From: Bacteroidota bacterium | GTDB lineage: Bacteria; Bacteroidota; Bacteroidia; Chitinophagales; CAIODY01 | NCBI GenBank assembly: GCA_046051225.1 | Contig: JBJOOR010000006.1 | Location: 64,161 to 128,160, forward strand | DNA length: 64,000 bases | Reading direction: 5' to 3' | Shown: piece by piece, positions 17,529 to 27,988 of the stretch | Numbering within the stretch: position 1 is the stretch's first letter | How the letters are laid out: the number at the start of each line of letters is the position of its first letter | Position numbers and translations under genes: made by a program | Notes under the pieces: generated by a model | What the model was told of the DNA's origin: nothing | Database searches by the model: none | What the model saw: only the letters and a program-made list of their open reading frames with translations

Positions 17529-18623
17529 ATGAAAATAGTTTTTACCGTTACTAATCAGCTTAATTTTGATCAGCGAATGATTCGCATTTGTACTTCGTTG
17601 CAAAATGCTGGATATGATATTACGTTGATTGGTTGGCAATTAAAAAAAGCGCCACCACTTAATCAGCTTGTATTTCAACAAAAAAGATTGCCCTTAATTT
17701 TTCAAAAAGGAAAATTAAGATACATAGAAACTAATATTCGGTTGTTTTTCTTTTTGCTATTTTTTAAATGTGATGTAATAGGCGCAATTGATTTAGATAC
17801 TATTCTGCCTTGCTATTTTGTTAGTAAAATTCGGAATAAAAAAATTGTGTATGATGCACACGAATATTTTACCGAATTAGAAGAAGTAGTACGCCGCCCC
17901 ATGATTAAAAAAACATGGTTGGCAATTGAAAAATATTGTGTACCTAAAATAAAACAGGGTTATACCATTTCGCAATCGTATGCAGATTTGTTTGAAAAAA
18001 ATTATGCTGTTAAATATCAATTGATACGAAATATTGCTTTGCTAAAACCAATTCCTGCCATAGCAAAAAAAGAAAGAATTGTTTTATACCAAGGTGCTGT
18101 AAACGAGGGTAGGGGCTTGTTTCAATTAGTAGAAGCCATGAAAAATGTAGATGCTAAATTAATTGTATGTGGCAATGGCGATGTATTTAATGATATAGAA
18201 AAATATATTGTAGCCAATAATCTTACTTCAAAAATTGAATTAAAAGGATTTATTCATCCTGCCGAATTACAAAAAATTACACCCACTGCTATGGTTGGTA
18301 TTACCTTGTTTGAAACCAATGGATTGAGTAATTATTACTCATTAGCCAATCGTTTTTTTGATTATTTGCATGGTGGTATTCCGCAATTATGCAATCAATA
18401 TCCCGAATATATAGCGATTAATAAAGAGCATGAAATTGCTAAATTGATTGATAATTTACAACCTGCTACAATTGCCCATGCATTAAACGAAATGTTGGAT
18501 AATGCAACCTATTATCAATCATTAGTTAATAATTGCTTAGCAGCCCGTGAAATTTATAATTGGCAAAATGAAGAAAAAAAACTGATTGCTTTTTATGAAA
18601 AACTATGTTCATCTTCATATTGA
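17529..18623 (+). CDS. glycosyltransferase (GT-B, family 1/4-like)
   Basis: 364 aa. The C-terminal half has a GT1-like pattern (LYQGAVNEGRGL..., ...FFDYLHGGIPQL). Confidence 0.75.
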   Translation: MKIVFTVTNQLNFDQRMIRICTSLQNAGYDITLIGWQLKKAPPLNQLVFQQKRLPLIFQKGKLRYIETNIRLFFFLLFFKCDVIGAIDLDTILPCYFVSKIRNKKIVYDAHEYFTELEEVVRRPMIKKTWLAIEKYCVPKIKQGYTISQSYADLFEKNYAVKYQLIRNIALLKPIPAIAKKERIVLYQGAVNEGRGLFQLVEAMKNVDAKLIVCGNGDVFNDIEKYIVANNLTSKIELKGFIHPAELQKITPTAMVGITLFETNGLSNYYSLANRFFDYLHGGIPQLCNQYPEYIAINKEHEIAKLIDNLQPATIAHALNEMLDNATYYQSLVNNCLAAREIYNWQNEEKKLIAFYEKLCSSSY

Positions 18624-18660
18624 TTGTAGGAACGTAGCCCTAGCGCAGATTGGCTATACT

Positions 18661-19326
18661 TTAATCTTTACTATTAAATTTAATTGCAACCTGCAAATAA
18701 TGATTAAAGAAAAATTCTGATTTTAGTTTTTCTGTTTTTAAAATTTTCATTCCTCGGCTTTCTAAAAAATTATTGTACTCATCTAAATCGTATTGATGAG
18801 GATGCAATACATCGCCAGGTATGGCTCTAAACAATTGTTTGAAAAAAGAATGGTTGTGTGCATCAATTGTAATCACCAATTGCCCATTTGGTTTTAACAT
18901 ATTGCAAAGCTTATCATAACAAAAATCAATATTACTTACATGGTTAATAGCATTCATGCAAAATATTACATCGTATTTTTTTGTAGGATTAAAATCTTCT
19001 AAAGGCATAGCAAAAAAATTAATTAAAGGATAATTGCTTCGCTTAAAATGAGGAAGATTCTTTTCGTATTCGTTTAATAAAGGGTCTTCGGCATCTATTT
19101 TTACAAAATTTGGTAAAGCCATAAAAACGCCAGCAGGACCACAACCGCAATCTAATATTTCATGCTTATCAGTAAATTGTATAGAGTCGATTTTTGAAAG
19201 TAAATTGAGCCAATAATTTTTTTTCCAAACGGCATATTCAGCAGGATTTTTATCACCCAAGTAATTTTTCCACCACTTTAACTCAATGCTTTGAGCCAAT
19301 TTCCATTTAACTGTTTTTGATTGCAT
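18661..19326 (-). CDS. class I SAM-dependent methyltransferase
   Basis: ILDCGCGPAG motif I, followed by the downstream DVIFCMNAINH and LKPNGQLVI motifs. Confidence 0.8.
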   Translation of the reverse strand: MQSKTVKWKLAQSIELKWWKNYLGDKNPAEYAVWKKNYWLNLLSKIDSIQFTDKHEILDCGCGPAGVFMALPNFVKIDAEDPLLNEYEKNLPHFKRSNYPLINFFAMPLEDFNPTKKYDVIFCMNAINHVSNIDFCYDKLCNMLKPNGQLVITIDAHNHSFFKQLFRAIPGDVLHPHQYDLDEYNNFLESRGMKILKTEKLKSEFFFNHYLQVAIKFNSKD

Positions 19327-19350
19327 GCAACAAAAGTAATTTTTTTGATT

Positions 19351-19692
19351 TTATATATCGGCAATCATTTTTTCTATTTCTTCTAGCTTATCTAATGATA
19401 ACTTACCCAGCATTTTTTTAATCTCTACTCGTTTAGATTGAGTTCTTATTTTTTGTAATGGATGGTCTTTTCTATCATCTAATAAATCATTGGGTTTCCA
19501 CTCAAAAATATCGTTGGGCGTACAGTTTAATGATATGCAAAGTTTTTCAATATGGTTTATTCTAATGTGTTCTACTTTATTGTTTTTTAGTTTATGAGCC
19601 GTAAAAGGTACAAAGCCTTCTTGCACTAAAAATTTATAAGGTTGTTCAATGCCTCTGGCTTTAAATACTCGATGAAGATTAATATGTAGCAT
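19351..19692 (-). CDS. helix-turn-helix (XRE-like) transcriptional regulator
   Basis: 113 aa. ...INHIEKLCISLNCTPNDIFEW is the typical end of a Bacteroidetes HTH_26/XRE domain. Confidence 0.7.
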   Translation of the reverse strand: MLHINLHRVFKARGIEQPYKFLVQEGFVPFTAHKLKNNKVEHIRINHIEKLCISLNCTPNDIFEWKPNDLLDDRKDHPLQKIRTQSKRVEIKKMLGKLSLDKLEEIEKMIADI

Positions 19693-19968
19693 AAAATGAT
19701 GAATTACAAAAAGTCAATAATTTTATACAAAAAAACAATTTATAGTTGGCATGTTTTAAAATAATTATTCACAAGTGTTAACTGTAGTTATACAAAATCA
19801 ATTTAAAATAATATAATATCAAAGTGAAATGTAAAAAACTCAAACTAATAAGAATCATATTTTGGCTTCAAAAAATGTTTTATTTTTGCACTGATTAAAA
19901 ATTTTATCTACCCTGCAAGTAGATTTTTATAACATAACATTTATTGTTATTCATAAAATTTTATACCC

Positions 19969-21012
19969 ATGTCAGTACTCTACAATCGTATTTCGCAAAA
20001 GGAATTAAAAGAAAAACTTTTGCAATCAAATGAAGCTCGTAAAACTGTTTCTTTTTATCATTATTTTAAAATAAATGAGCCACAACAACTTCGTGATGAA
20101 TTGTTCAAAAACCTATTTCAACTACAGGTATTGGGTAGAATATATGTGGCGCATGAAGGCATTAATGCTCAAATAAGTGTAGCTGTTGAAAATTTTGAGG
20201 CATTTAAAAATTATATTTATTCTATTGAACCAATGAATGGAATAAGACTAAATGAAGCTATTGATGATAATGGTAAAAGCTTTTGGGTATTAAAAATAAA
20301 GGTTAGAAATAAAATTGTAGCCGATGGAATTATCGACCCTGCATTTAGTATGCAAAATAAAGGCAAATATTTAAAGGCTAATGAATACAATGAACTGGCC
20401 GAAAAGCCCGATACTATTATTGTAGATATGCGTAATCATTATGAATACGAAGTGGGGCATTTTAAAAATGCTATTGAAGTGCCATCCGAAACATTTAAGC
20501 AGCAATTGCCTATGGCTGTAGATATGTTGAAAGATGCAAAAGATAAAAATATAATTATGTATTGCACTGGCGGTATTAGATGCGAAAAAGCTAGTGCCTA
20601 TATGCTTCATCATGGGTTTAAAAATGTATTTCATGTAGAAGGTGGAATAATAGAATATAGCAATAAAGCGAAAGAGTGGGGGATTGAAAATAAATTTATT
20701 GGAAAAAACTTTGTGTTTGACGAACGCCTTGGCGAACGAATAACTAATGATATCATATCGCAATGTCATCAATGTGGTAAACCTACCGATACGCATATCA
20801 ATTGCATAAATCAAGCTTGTCATTTATTGTTTATTCAATGCCATGAATGTGCTGAAAAATATAATCAATGCTGTAGTATCGCTTGTAAAGATGTAGTAGC
20901 ATTGCCCGAAGAGGAACAAAAACAATTACGCAAAGGTGTAGATAAAGGCAAAATGATTAATCATAGAAGTAAAAACAGGTTAAATAATTTACGACAAACA
21001 GGAGAGGGGTAA
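19969..21012 (+). CDS. trhO: rhodanese-related tRNA uridine(34) hydroxylase (UPF0176/YceA family)
   Basis: [16 protein letters not shown] active-site loop and a C-terminal Cys-rich tail (CHQCGKP...C..C). Confidence 0.85.
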   Translation: MSVLYNRISQKELKEKLLQSNEARKTVSFYHYFKINEPQQLRDELFKNLFQLQVLGRIYVAHEGINAQISVAVENFEAFKNYIYSIEPMNGIRLNEAIDDNGKSFWVLKIKVRNKIVADGIIDPAFSMQNKGKYLKANEYNELAEKPDTIIVDMRNHYEYEVGHFKNAIEVPSETFKQQLPMAVDMLKDAKDKNIIMYCTGGIRCEKASAYMLHHGFKNVFHVEGGIIEYSNKAKEWGIENKFIGKNFVFDERLGERITNDIISQCHQCGKPTDTHINCINQACHLLFIQCHECAEKYNQCCSIACKDVVALPEEEQKQLRKGVDKGKMINHRSKNRLNNLRQTGEG

Positions 21013-21023
21013 ATAAAAAAATC

Positions 21024-21980
21024 TTATTGCTTAATAAACTTAAGTAAATGTAAATTATTATCCGCATCTATCAATCTAATCACATACATGGCAGCTGATA
21101 AATTTTTAACATCCACTAATAATCTATGCCCATCATAAGCTTGCTGAATAACCACATTAGATGTAGTATTTATACCTAAAACATTGTAAAAAAACAATTT
21201 GTCTTTGCTTATTCTTTGTTTCGACTCAATGGTTATTTTTTCGGTAGATGGATTAGGGAATAATAATACATCGGCAATATTGGTAGTATCAAAATCATCA
21301 TTGCATAATAATGAATCGGTGCTTACACACACATCATCAATATAATAATAGGCTGTGCAATCATAATTTTTCAGAATAGTTCGTTGAGTAGATGCATCAT
21401 TAAAAAAATTACCAATAATCAAATATTGATAATTTGAATCGGCTGTAAATGCACCCGAAATAGATACCCATTTATTTTTTTCGAGAATAATATTTTTATT
21501 TAAAATATGCGCCTTGTTATTGATGGGCGCTACAATTGAATCAGTATATTCTTTATTTGAAAACATGGCACCAAGATTATTGCTGCCACAATTTGCACTA
21601 TCGGCTAAGCTTACTTTATAGTTTATAAAATATCGAGTTCCTTTTTGTAAAGGTTCGTTTAGTTTAACGCCTAAAAATTCACGATATGGATGAATTAAAG
21701 CATTATCTAAAAAAGAATAAAAACCACAATATTTATTACCCGAATGTGCTGCTTGAAAACCAAAACCATTACCAGGTACGCCTGAAAAATCTAAGTTTCC
21801 TGTGTAAAAAAAATCAGGCGAATTGCCAAACGAACTCCAACTTGATGCTGGAATATAATCAATGCCACTTCGTAAATAATTGCCAGTAGTATCTTCAAAA
21901 CTAGGGTTTGGCACAATGTTCTGTGCCATTAATAAATTAGTAATTGATACTAAAAATATAAAAATGAAAGTTTTTTTCAT
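21024..21980 (-). CDS. secreted protein with T9SS C-terminal sorting domain
   Basis: Signal peptide, NIVPNPSFED N-terminal motif, and C-terminal LLFPNPSTEKITIES...AMYVIRLI CTD. Confidence 0.7.
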   Translation of the reverse strand: MKKTFIFIFLVSITNLLMAQNIVPNPSFEDTTGNYLRSGIDYIPASSWSSFGNSPDFFYTGNLDFSGVPGNGFGFQAAHSGNKYCGFYSFLDNALIHPYREFLGVKLNEPLQKGTRYFINYKVSLADSANCGSNNLGAMFSNKEYTDSIVAPINNKAHILNKNIILEKNKWVSISGAFTADSNYQYLIIGNFFNDASTQRTILKNYDCTAYYYIDDVCVSTDSLLCNDDFDTTNIADVLLFPNPSTEKITIESKQRISKDKLFFYNVLGINTTSNVVIQQAYDGHRLLVDVKNLSAAMYVIRLIDADNNLHLLKFIKQ

Positions 21981-22114
21981 GCTATAAATTATTTTATATG
22001 GAACATAAATTCAGTATAAAATTAAATAATATATTGATTAGTGCAATAATATTTTTAGCACATAAGTAATTATAGCCTTGCAAAATTTTAGCTTTGCACT
22101 AAAATTAATAATAC

Positions 22115-23986
22115 ATGCACTACGCTAGTCTTGAAAATGTGAGTAAGAGTTTTGGAGTACAACCTTTGTTTGAAAACATTACGCTTCATATAAATGAAGG
22201 AGATAAAATAGCACTAATAGCTAAAAATGGAAATGGCAAAAGCACTATGCTTAAAATGTTATGTGGTAAAGAATATTGCGATACAGGCAAGGCTTGGATA
22301 CATAAGGATGTAAACGTAGTATTTTTAAATCAAGACCCATTATTTGAAGAACAAAAAACGGTGTTAGAAAATATTTTTAATCATCCCAATCCGCAGTTGC
22401 AATTGATTAAAGATTATGAAAATGAATTGCAAAATAATCCCGAATCGGACGAGCTAATTAGATTGATGCACGAAATAGATAACCAAGGTGCTTGGGGCAT
22501 TGAAAACGAAGTGCACCAAATTATTAGTAAATTAAAATTATCGTTTTTAACAAAACCAATGCATCAACTAAGCGGTGGGCAGCGCAAACGAGTGGCTTTG
22601 GCAAAAACATTAATTGATGTTGGTTTTATGAATCAACACACTTTATTAATTTTAGATGAACCTACCAACCACCTTGATTTTAGTATGATTGAATGGTTGG
22701 AACATTATCTAAATAGCCATTCGCTTACTTTGCTTTTAGTAACCCATGATAGATATTTTTTAGATAACGTATGTACTACAATTATTGAATTAGAAGATAG
22801 TATTATTTATCCTTATGAAGGCAATTATGCTTACTTTTTAGAAAAAAAATCCGAACGTGAAATGGTGGCTGCTAGCGAATTACAGAAGGATAAAAATATT
22901 TTTAGACGAGAATTAGATTGGATAAGAAAACAACCCAAAGCCCGAACTGTAAAATCGAAATCGAGAATTGATGCATTTGATGAAGTGAAGCAACGAGCCA
23001 TGAAACGGAAAGATGATTTGCAATTAGAATTGCAAGTGAAAATGACAAGGCTTGGTGGTAAAACAGTTGAAATGAAAAAAGTATATAAAGCCTATGGCGA
23101 TTTAGAAATATTAAAAGGCTACGATTATACTTTTAAGAAGGGTGAACGAATTGGCATTGTTGGACCAAATGGTGTGGGTAAAAGTACATTTTTAAACTTA
23201 ATTCAAAACCTTGAACAACCAGATAGCGGCAAAATAAACATTGGTGAAACAGTTGTGTTTGGCAATTATGATCAAAAAGGATTGCATCTTAAAGAAGATA
23301 GACGAGTGATTGAATTTGTAAAAGATATTGCCGAAAATTTTGTGCTGGCAAATGGTACAAAAGTTAGTCCATCACAATTTTTACAAAAATTTTTGTTTGA
23401 AGGCGATAAGCAACATACATTTATTTCGAAATTAAGCGGTGGCGAAAAACGAAGATTGCATTTGCTAAGTGTATTGTATCAAAATCCAAATTTTTTAATT
23501 TTAGATGAACCCACAAATGATTTAGATTTATTAACCTTACAAGTGTTAGAAGAGTTTCTATTAGACTTTCCTGGTTGTGTAGCCATTGTATCGCACGATA
23601 GATATTTTTTAGATAAATTGGTTGACCATTTAATGGTGTTTGAAGGCAATGGTGTAATATCTGATTTTCCTGGCACTTATACCGAGTATCGTGAATTTTT
23701 AAAAGCCACTATTAAAGAGGACGATGATAATGAACCCGAAGAAATAAAGCCTGCCGAAAAAAAACAAACCGAAAAACCGAAATTAAATTACAACGAAAAA
23801 AAGGAATACGATAAATTAGAAAAAGAAATTGAAAAATTAGAAACCGAAAAAAAACAAATTGAGGAAAGCCTAAATACAGAAACTAATTTTGATAAAATTA
23901 ATGCTGCTTCATTGCGATTAGGCGAAATAATGAAACTAATGGATGATAAAGGTATGCGATGGCTTGAACTAGGCGAAAATTTATAG
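22115..23986 (+). CDS. ABC-F family ATPase (Uup-like)
   Basis: Two ABC cassettes (GKNGNGKST / LSGGQRKR / LILDEPTNHLD and GPNGVGKST / LSGGEKRR / LILDEPTNDLD) with no TM domain. Lys/Glu-rich coiled-coil tail. Confidence 0.92.
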   Translation: MHYASLENVSKSFGVQPLFENITLHINEGDKIALIAKNGNGKSTMLKMLCGKEYCDTGKAWIHKDVNVVFLNQDPLFEEQKTVLENIFNHPNPQLQLIKDYENELQNNPESDELIRLMHEIDNQGAWGIENEVHQIISKLKLSFLTKPMHQLSGGQRKRVALAKTLIDVGFMNQHTLLILDEPTNHLDFSMIEWLEHYLNSHSLTLLLVTHDRYFLDNVCTTIIELEDSIIYPYEGNYAYFLEKKSEREMVAASELQKDKNIFRRELDWIRKQPKARTVKSKSRIDAFDEVKQRAMKRKDDLQLELQVKMTRLGGKTVEMKKVYKAYGDLEILKGYDYTFKKGERIGIVGPNGVGKSTFLNLIQNLEQPDSGKINIGETVVFGNYDQKGLHLKEDRRVIEFVKDIAENFVLANGTKVSPSQFLQKFLFEGDKQHTFISKLSGGEKRRLHLLSVLYQNPNFLILDEPTNDLDLLTLQVLEEFLLDFPGCVAIVSHDRYFLDKLVDHLMVFEGNGVISDFPGTYTEYREFLKATIKEDDDNEPEEIKPAEKKQTEKPKLNYNEKKEYDKLEKEIEKLETEKKQIEESLNTETNFDKINAASLRLGEIMKLMDDKGMRWLELGENL

Positions 23987-24161
23987 TAATAACCCGATGT
24001 AAATTTAGTAAATCGGGTTGCAAGCAGAAAGAAAAACTTATAGCAATTGAGGCGGTACAAGTTTTTTTCAATAAACAAACCTTAATATTTTGTGTTATTA
24101 ATGATGGCATTTTATAAAAGTTAAAATTGTACTTTTGCCAACTTAAAAAAAAATTAAAAAA

Positions 24162-25091
24162 ATGGAAACAATTAAATGTTTGATAATAGGCAGTGGCCCG
24201 GCAGGATATACAGCAGCTATTTATGCATCACGAGCTAATTTAAAACCTGTAATGTATACAGGCTTAGAACAAGGCGGACAATTAATGCAAACTACAGATG
24301 TAGAAAATTATCCAGGCTATCCCAATGGCATATTAGGACCCGAGATGATGGAAGATTTTAGAAAACAAGCAGAAAGAATGGGTACTGATATTCGTTATGC
24401 TATTGTTACAAAAGTAGAACAAGGCAATCCCTACCATACTGTGCATATTGAAGATGGAACGGTTTTGAAGGCTGCAACTGTTATTATTGCCACAGGTGCA
24501 AAGGCAAAATGGTTGGGCATACCTAGCGAACAAAAATTGAATGGATATGGCGTATCAGCATGTGCCGTATGCGATGGATTTTTTTATAAAAATACCGATG
24601 TGGCTATTGTAGGCGCTGGCGATACAGCTTGCGAAGAAGCAATTTATCTTTCTAAATTGTGTACACATGTACACATGCTGGTAAGAACGGATAAAATGAG
24701 AGCCAGCAAAGTGATGCAACAACGAGTATTAGAAACGAAAAACATTACAGTATATTGGAATTGCGAAACAGATGAAATACTTGGCGATAAAGGCGTTGAG
24801 GCTGTAAGGATTTTTAATAATAAAGAAAATAGAAAATTCGAAATACCGATAAAAGGTTTTTTTGTAGCTATTGGTCATCAGCCAAGCAGCGATTTATTTA
24901 AAGGTTGGATGGATATGGACGAACAAGGCTATATTATTACAAAACCAGGCACTACGCTTACCAATATTGATGGTATATTTGCCGCTGGCGATGTACAAGA
25001 CAAAAACTATCGTCAGGCAGTTACATCAGCTGGTAGTGGCTGTATGGCTGCTTTAGATGCCGAAAGGTACTTAAGCCACCATGCACTATAA
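24162..25091 (+). CDS. trxB: thioredoxin-disulfide reductase
   Basis: GSGPAGYTAA FAD motif, redox-active CAVCDG, and GAGDTACEEA NADPH motif. Confidence 0.95.
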   Translation: METIKCLIIGSGPAGYTAAIYASRANLKPVMYTGLEQGGQLMQTTDVENYPGYPNGILGPEMMEDFRKQAERMGTDIRYAIVTKVEQGNPYHTVHIEDGTVLKAATVIIATGAKAKWLGIPSEQKLNGYGVSACAVCDGFFYKNTDVAIVGAGDTACEEAIYLSKLCTHVHMLVRTDKMRASKVMQQRVLETKNITVYWNCETDEILGDKGVEAVRIFNNKENRKFEIPIKGFFVAIGHQPSSDLFKGWMDMDEQGYIITKPGTTLTNIDGIFAAGDVQDKNYRQAVTSAGSGCMAALDAERYLSHHAL

Positions 25092-25120
25092 ATGATATTT
25101 CAGAATGAGATTAGTAAACT

Positions 25121-25150
25121 AAAAAGCCTCGAAATATTTCGAGGCTTTTT
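25121..25150. terminator. bidirectional terminator between trxB and murQ
   Basis: Perfect palindrome aaaaagcctcgaaat/atttcgaggcttttt. Confidence 0.8.
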
Positions 25151-25177
25151 AGTCTACAACATCAATAGAAATAATAT

Positions 25178-26005
25178 TTAGCTCTGCCCATAATTTTCCA
25201 CCGCTTTTTTTACACTTTTATTTAGCAATAATAATTGCTTGGCTTCTTCATATTCAAGGTCAGTTTTTTCCATTATCATTTTCACACCTCTATCCACTAA
25301 TTTGTCATTGCTTAATTGCATATTGACCATTCTGTTATCTTCAACTCTTCCCAATTTAATCATTACACAAGTTGATATCATATTCAACACAAGCTTTTGC
25401 GCTGTGCCGCTTTTCATCCTTGTGCTACCTGTTATAACTTCGGCACCAACAATAATTTCAATTTTATAATCAGATTCAAAAGCAATAGGTGAACCAGCAT
25501 TACAACAAATACAACCTGTGGTAATATTATTTTTTCGACAATGCTGTAAAGCGCCAATTACATAAGGCGTAGTGCCGCTGGCTGCAATTCCAATTACAAA
25601 ATCATTTGGGTTGATATTAAAACTTTGCAAATCTTTCCATCCTTGTTCTTTATCATCTTCGGCAAATTCCACTGCTTTACGGATAGCCGCATCGCCACCA
25701 GCTATTAATCCATTTACTAAGCCTTGTTCAACGCCAAACGTAGGCGGACATTCGCTTGCATCCACAATGCCTAATCTGCCGCTAGTGCCTGCGCCAATAT
25801 AAAACAATCTACCACCAGCCAACATCTTATCGGCTACTGCATCTACCAATAATTCAATATTATCTAATTTTTCGGCAATGGCATAAGGCACTTTTTTATC
25901 TTCAGTATTGATATATCGTAATAAATCGGCTGTAGATTTTTGTTCTAAATGGTTATATAACGAGGCTTGTTCGGTAGTTTTAATCATCAATAAATATTTC
26001 TTCAA
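25178..26005 (-). CDS. murQ: N-acetylmuramic acid 6-phosphate etherase
   Basis: SIS domain: GAGTSGRLGIVDASECPPTFG and AASGTTPYV. Confidence 0.9.
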   Translation of the reverse strand: MKKYLLMIKTTEQASLYNHLEQKSTADLLRYINTEDKKVPYAIAEKLDNIELLVDAVADKMLAGGRLFYIGAGTSGRLGIVDASECPPTFGVEQGLVNGLIAGGDAAIRKAVEFAEDDKEQGWKDLQSFNINPNDFVIGIAASGTTPYVIGALQHCRKNNITTGCICCNAGSPIAFESDYKIEIIVGAEVITGSTRMKSGTAQKLVLNMISTCVMIKLGRVEDNRMVNMQLSNDKLVDRGVKMIMEKTDLEYEEAKQLLLLNKSVKKAVENYGQS

Positions 26006-26162
26006 AAGTATAAAATCGATACTAAAACTATTGAAATAATTTACAATACGCCCTGCTATGGTTTATTAAAGTAAAATTATTAAATCAATCCGCTTAAAGC
26101 TTAGTATTTTTATATTACTTTAGCGTTTTGAAATAATGTTGTAACCCTTCATCATTCAAAAA

Positions 26163-27425
26163 ATGAATATCTTAATAAAACAAGCCAAAATAGTTGATCC
26201 CAACAGTAGTTTTAATACCCAAGTAAAAGATATTCTTATTCAAAATGGTTTGATTGTAAAAATAGAAGATTCAATTTCTGAATCTAACACAACTATAGTA
26301 GAAGCTACCGATTTACATATTTCGCCAGGCTTTTTTGATATCGGTACACACATCGGCGACCCAGGTTTTGAAAACCGTGAAGATATGGCATCGGGCATGA
26401 AAGCTGCATCCGCAGGTGGTTTTACGGGAATGGCAATATTGCCAAATAGCCAACCCACTACCGATAGTAAATCAACCATTGAATATATAAAAAACCGAGC
26501 AAAAGATAATTTAGTAGATGTATTTGCTTTAGGATGCATTACACCAAAAGCAAAAGGCGAAACATTAGCCGAATTATATGATATGCATACAGCAGGCGCT
26601 ATTGGGTTTACAGACGGATTAAATGCCTTGCAACATTCGGGTGTATTGCTTCGAGCTTTGCAATATGTATTGCCCTTTAATGGATTAATTTTACAACAAC
26701 CCAACGATGTAAATTTAAGCGAACAAGGTGTGATGAACGAAGGCGAAGCGGCTGTAAACATGGGCAGTTTCAGCATTCCGGCGATTGCCGAAGCAACAAT
26801 GGTTCAACGTGATTTATATTTAACCGAATATGCCAATTCACGAATTCATTTTTTCAATCTTACCACACCTCAATCTATTGAGCTGGTAAAGCATGCAAAA
26901 CAAAAAGGCGTACAAGTATCGGCAGGTATAAGTTCGATGTATGTAATGTTAGATGATTTGATGTTGGAAGATTTTGATACCAATTTAAAATTGATGCCAC
27001 CCATCAGAAACAAACAACAAATTGAAATAATTAAAAATGCCATTGCCGATGGAACAATAGATGTGTTTTGTAGTTGGCACCAACCACGTGATACAGAAGA
27101 AAAAGTGGTAGAATTTGATCATGCATTGTTTGGCGCAATCAATCTTCAAACTTGCTTTGCTGCTGCTATTACGGCTTTGCAAAATATCGACATAGAAAAA
27201 ATTGTAACCATGCTTAGCATCAATGCCCGAAAAATTATGGGCGTTGAAATTCCAACTATACAATTAAATCAAAAAGCAAATTTTACTTTATTCAACCCCC
27301 ATTCAGAATGGATTTTTGAAGAAAAAATGATTCATTCTAAATCTAAAAATTCTCCTTTTATTAATCAAAAATTAAAAGGAAAAATTATCGGTACTATTAA
27401 TAATAACCAATTGCAGTTAAACTAA
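26163..27425 (+). CDS. dihydroorotase-like amidohydrolase, probably non-catalytic
   Basis: Overall DHOase class I layout (AASAGGFTGMAILPNSQP). However, the DxHVHxR metal motif reads DIGTHIG and the SDHAPH motif reads SWHQPR. Confidence 0.8.
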   Translation: MNILIKQAKIVDPNSSFNTQVKDILIQNGLIVKIEDSISESNTTIVEATDLHISPGFFDIGTHIGDPGFENREDMASGMKAASAGGFTGMAILPNSQPTTDSKSTIEYIKNRAKDNLVDVFALGCITPKAKGETLAELYDMHTAGAIGFTDGLNALQHSGVLLRALQYVLPFNGLILQQPNDVNLSEQGVMNEGEAAVNMGSFSIPAIAEATMVQRDLYLTEYANSRIHFFNLTTPQSIELVKHAKQKGVQVSAGISSMYVMLDDLMLEDFDTNLKLMPPIRNKQQIEIIKNAIADGTIDVFCSWHQPRDTEEKVVEFDHALFGAINLQTCFAAAITALQNIDIEKIVTMLSINARKIMGVEIPTIQLNQKANFTLFNPHSEWIFEEKMIHSKSKNSPFINQKLKGKIIGTINNNQLQLN

Positions 27426-27429
27426 ATAA

Positions 27430-27984
27430 ATGAACACTACAGAACTTGAAATAGAAAAAGAAACTGCCAACACAGGTTTGAAATGGGGCGGCTTTTCGGC
27501 TGCGGCTTATGTGCTGATAACCTACCTAATGTTTTTGATTTTTAAAGATGCTAGATGCGTAATTGGGCCTTATTCGTATGTGCCTTATTTAGCCATGATA
27601 ATTTTTATGTTTATGGCAGCCATTGAAAAACGAAAATTAATGGGCGGCTATATCAATTTTAAAACTGCTGTATCAAATACATTTTTGGTTTTAATTATGA
27701 CGATGATTTCGTTCATGATTTTTCAATACGTATTGTATAATATAATGGCGCCACAATTAAAAGAAAGTTTAAAATATTATACCATTCAATACGTTACACA
27801 ATTTTTAAAACAAATAAAATATTCGCAAGAGCAATTTGATGAAGCTATAGATATGTACAAAAATTCATCTACCGATATGCCTATTTCCAGAATATTTCCG
27901 CAAACTTTAACATCAGTAGTTTTCGGATTTTTTTGGGCAGCAGTGATAGCTTTAATCATCAGAAAAAAACAACCTACTATTTAA
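27430..27984 (+). CDS. DUF4199-like membrane protein
   Basis: 184 aa with four TM helices. Its position immediately upstream of a GT2 gene is a common Bacteroidetes pairing. Confidence 0.6.
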   Translation: MNTTELEIEKETANTGLKWGGFSAAAYVLITYLMFLIFKDARCVIGPYSYVPYLAMIIFMFMAAIEKRKLMGGYINFKTAVSNTFLVLIMTMISFMIFQYVLYNIMAPQLKESLKYYTIQYVTQFLKQIKYSQEQFDEAIDMYKNSSTDMPISRIFPQTLTSVVFGFFWAAVIALIIRKKQPTI

Positions 27985-27988
27985 TTTT

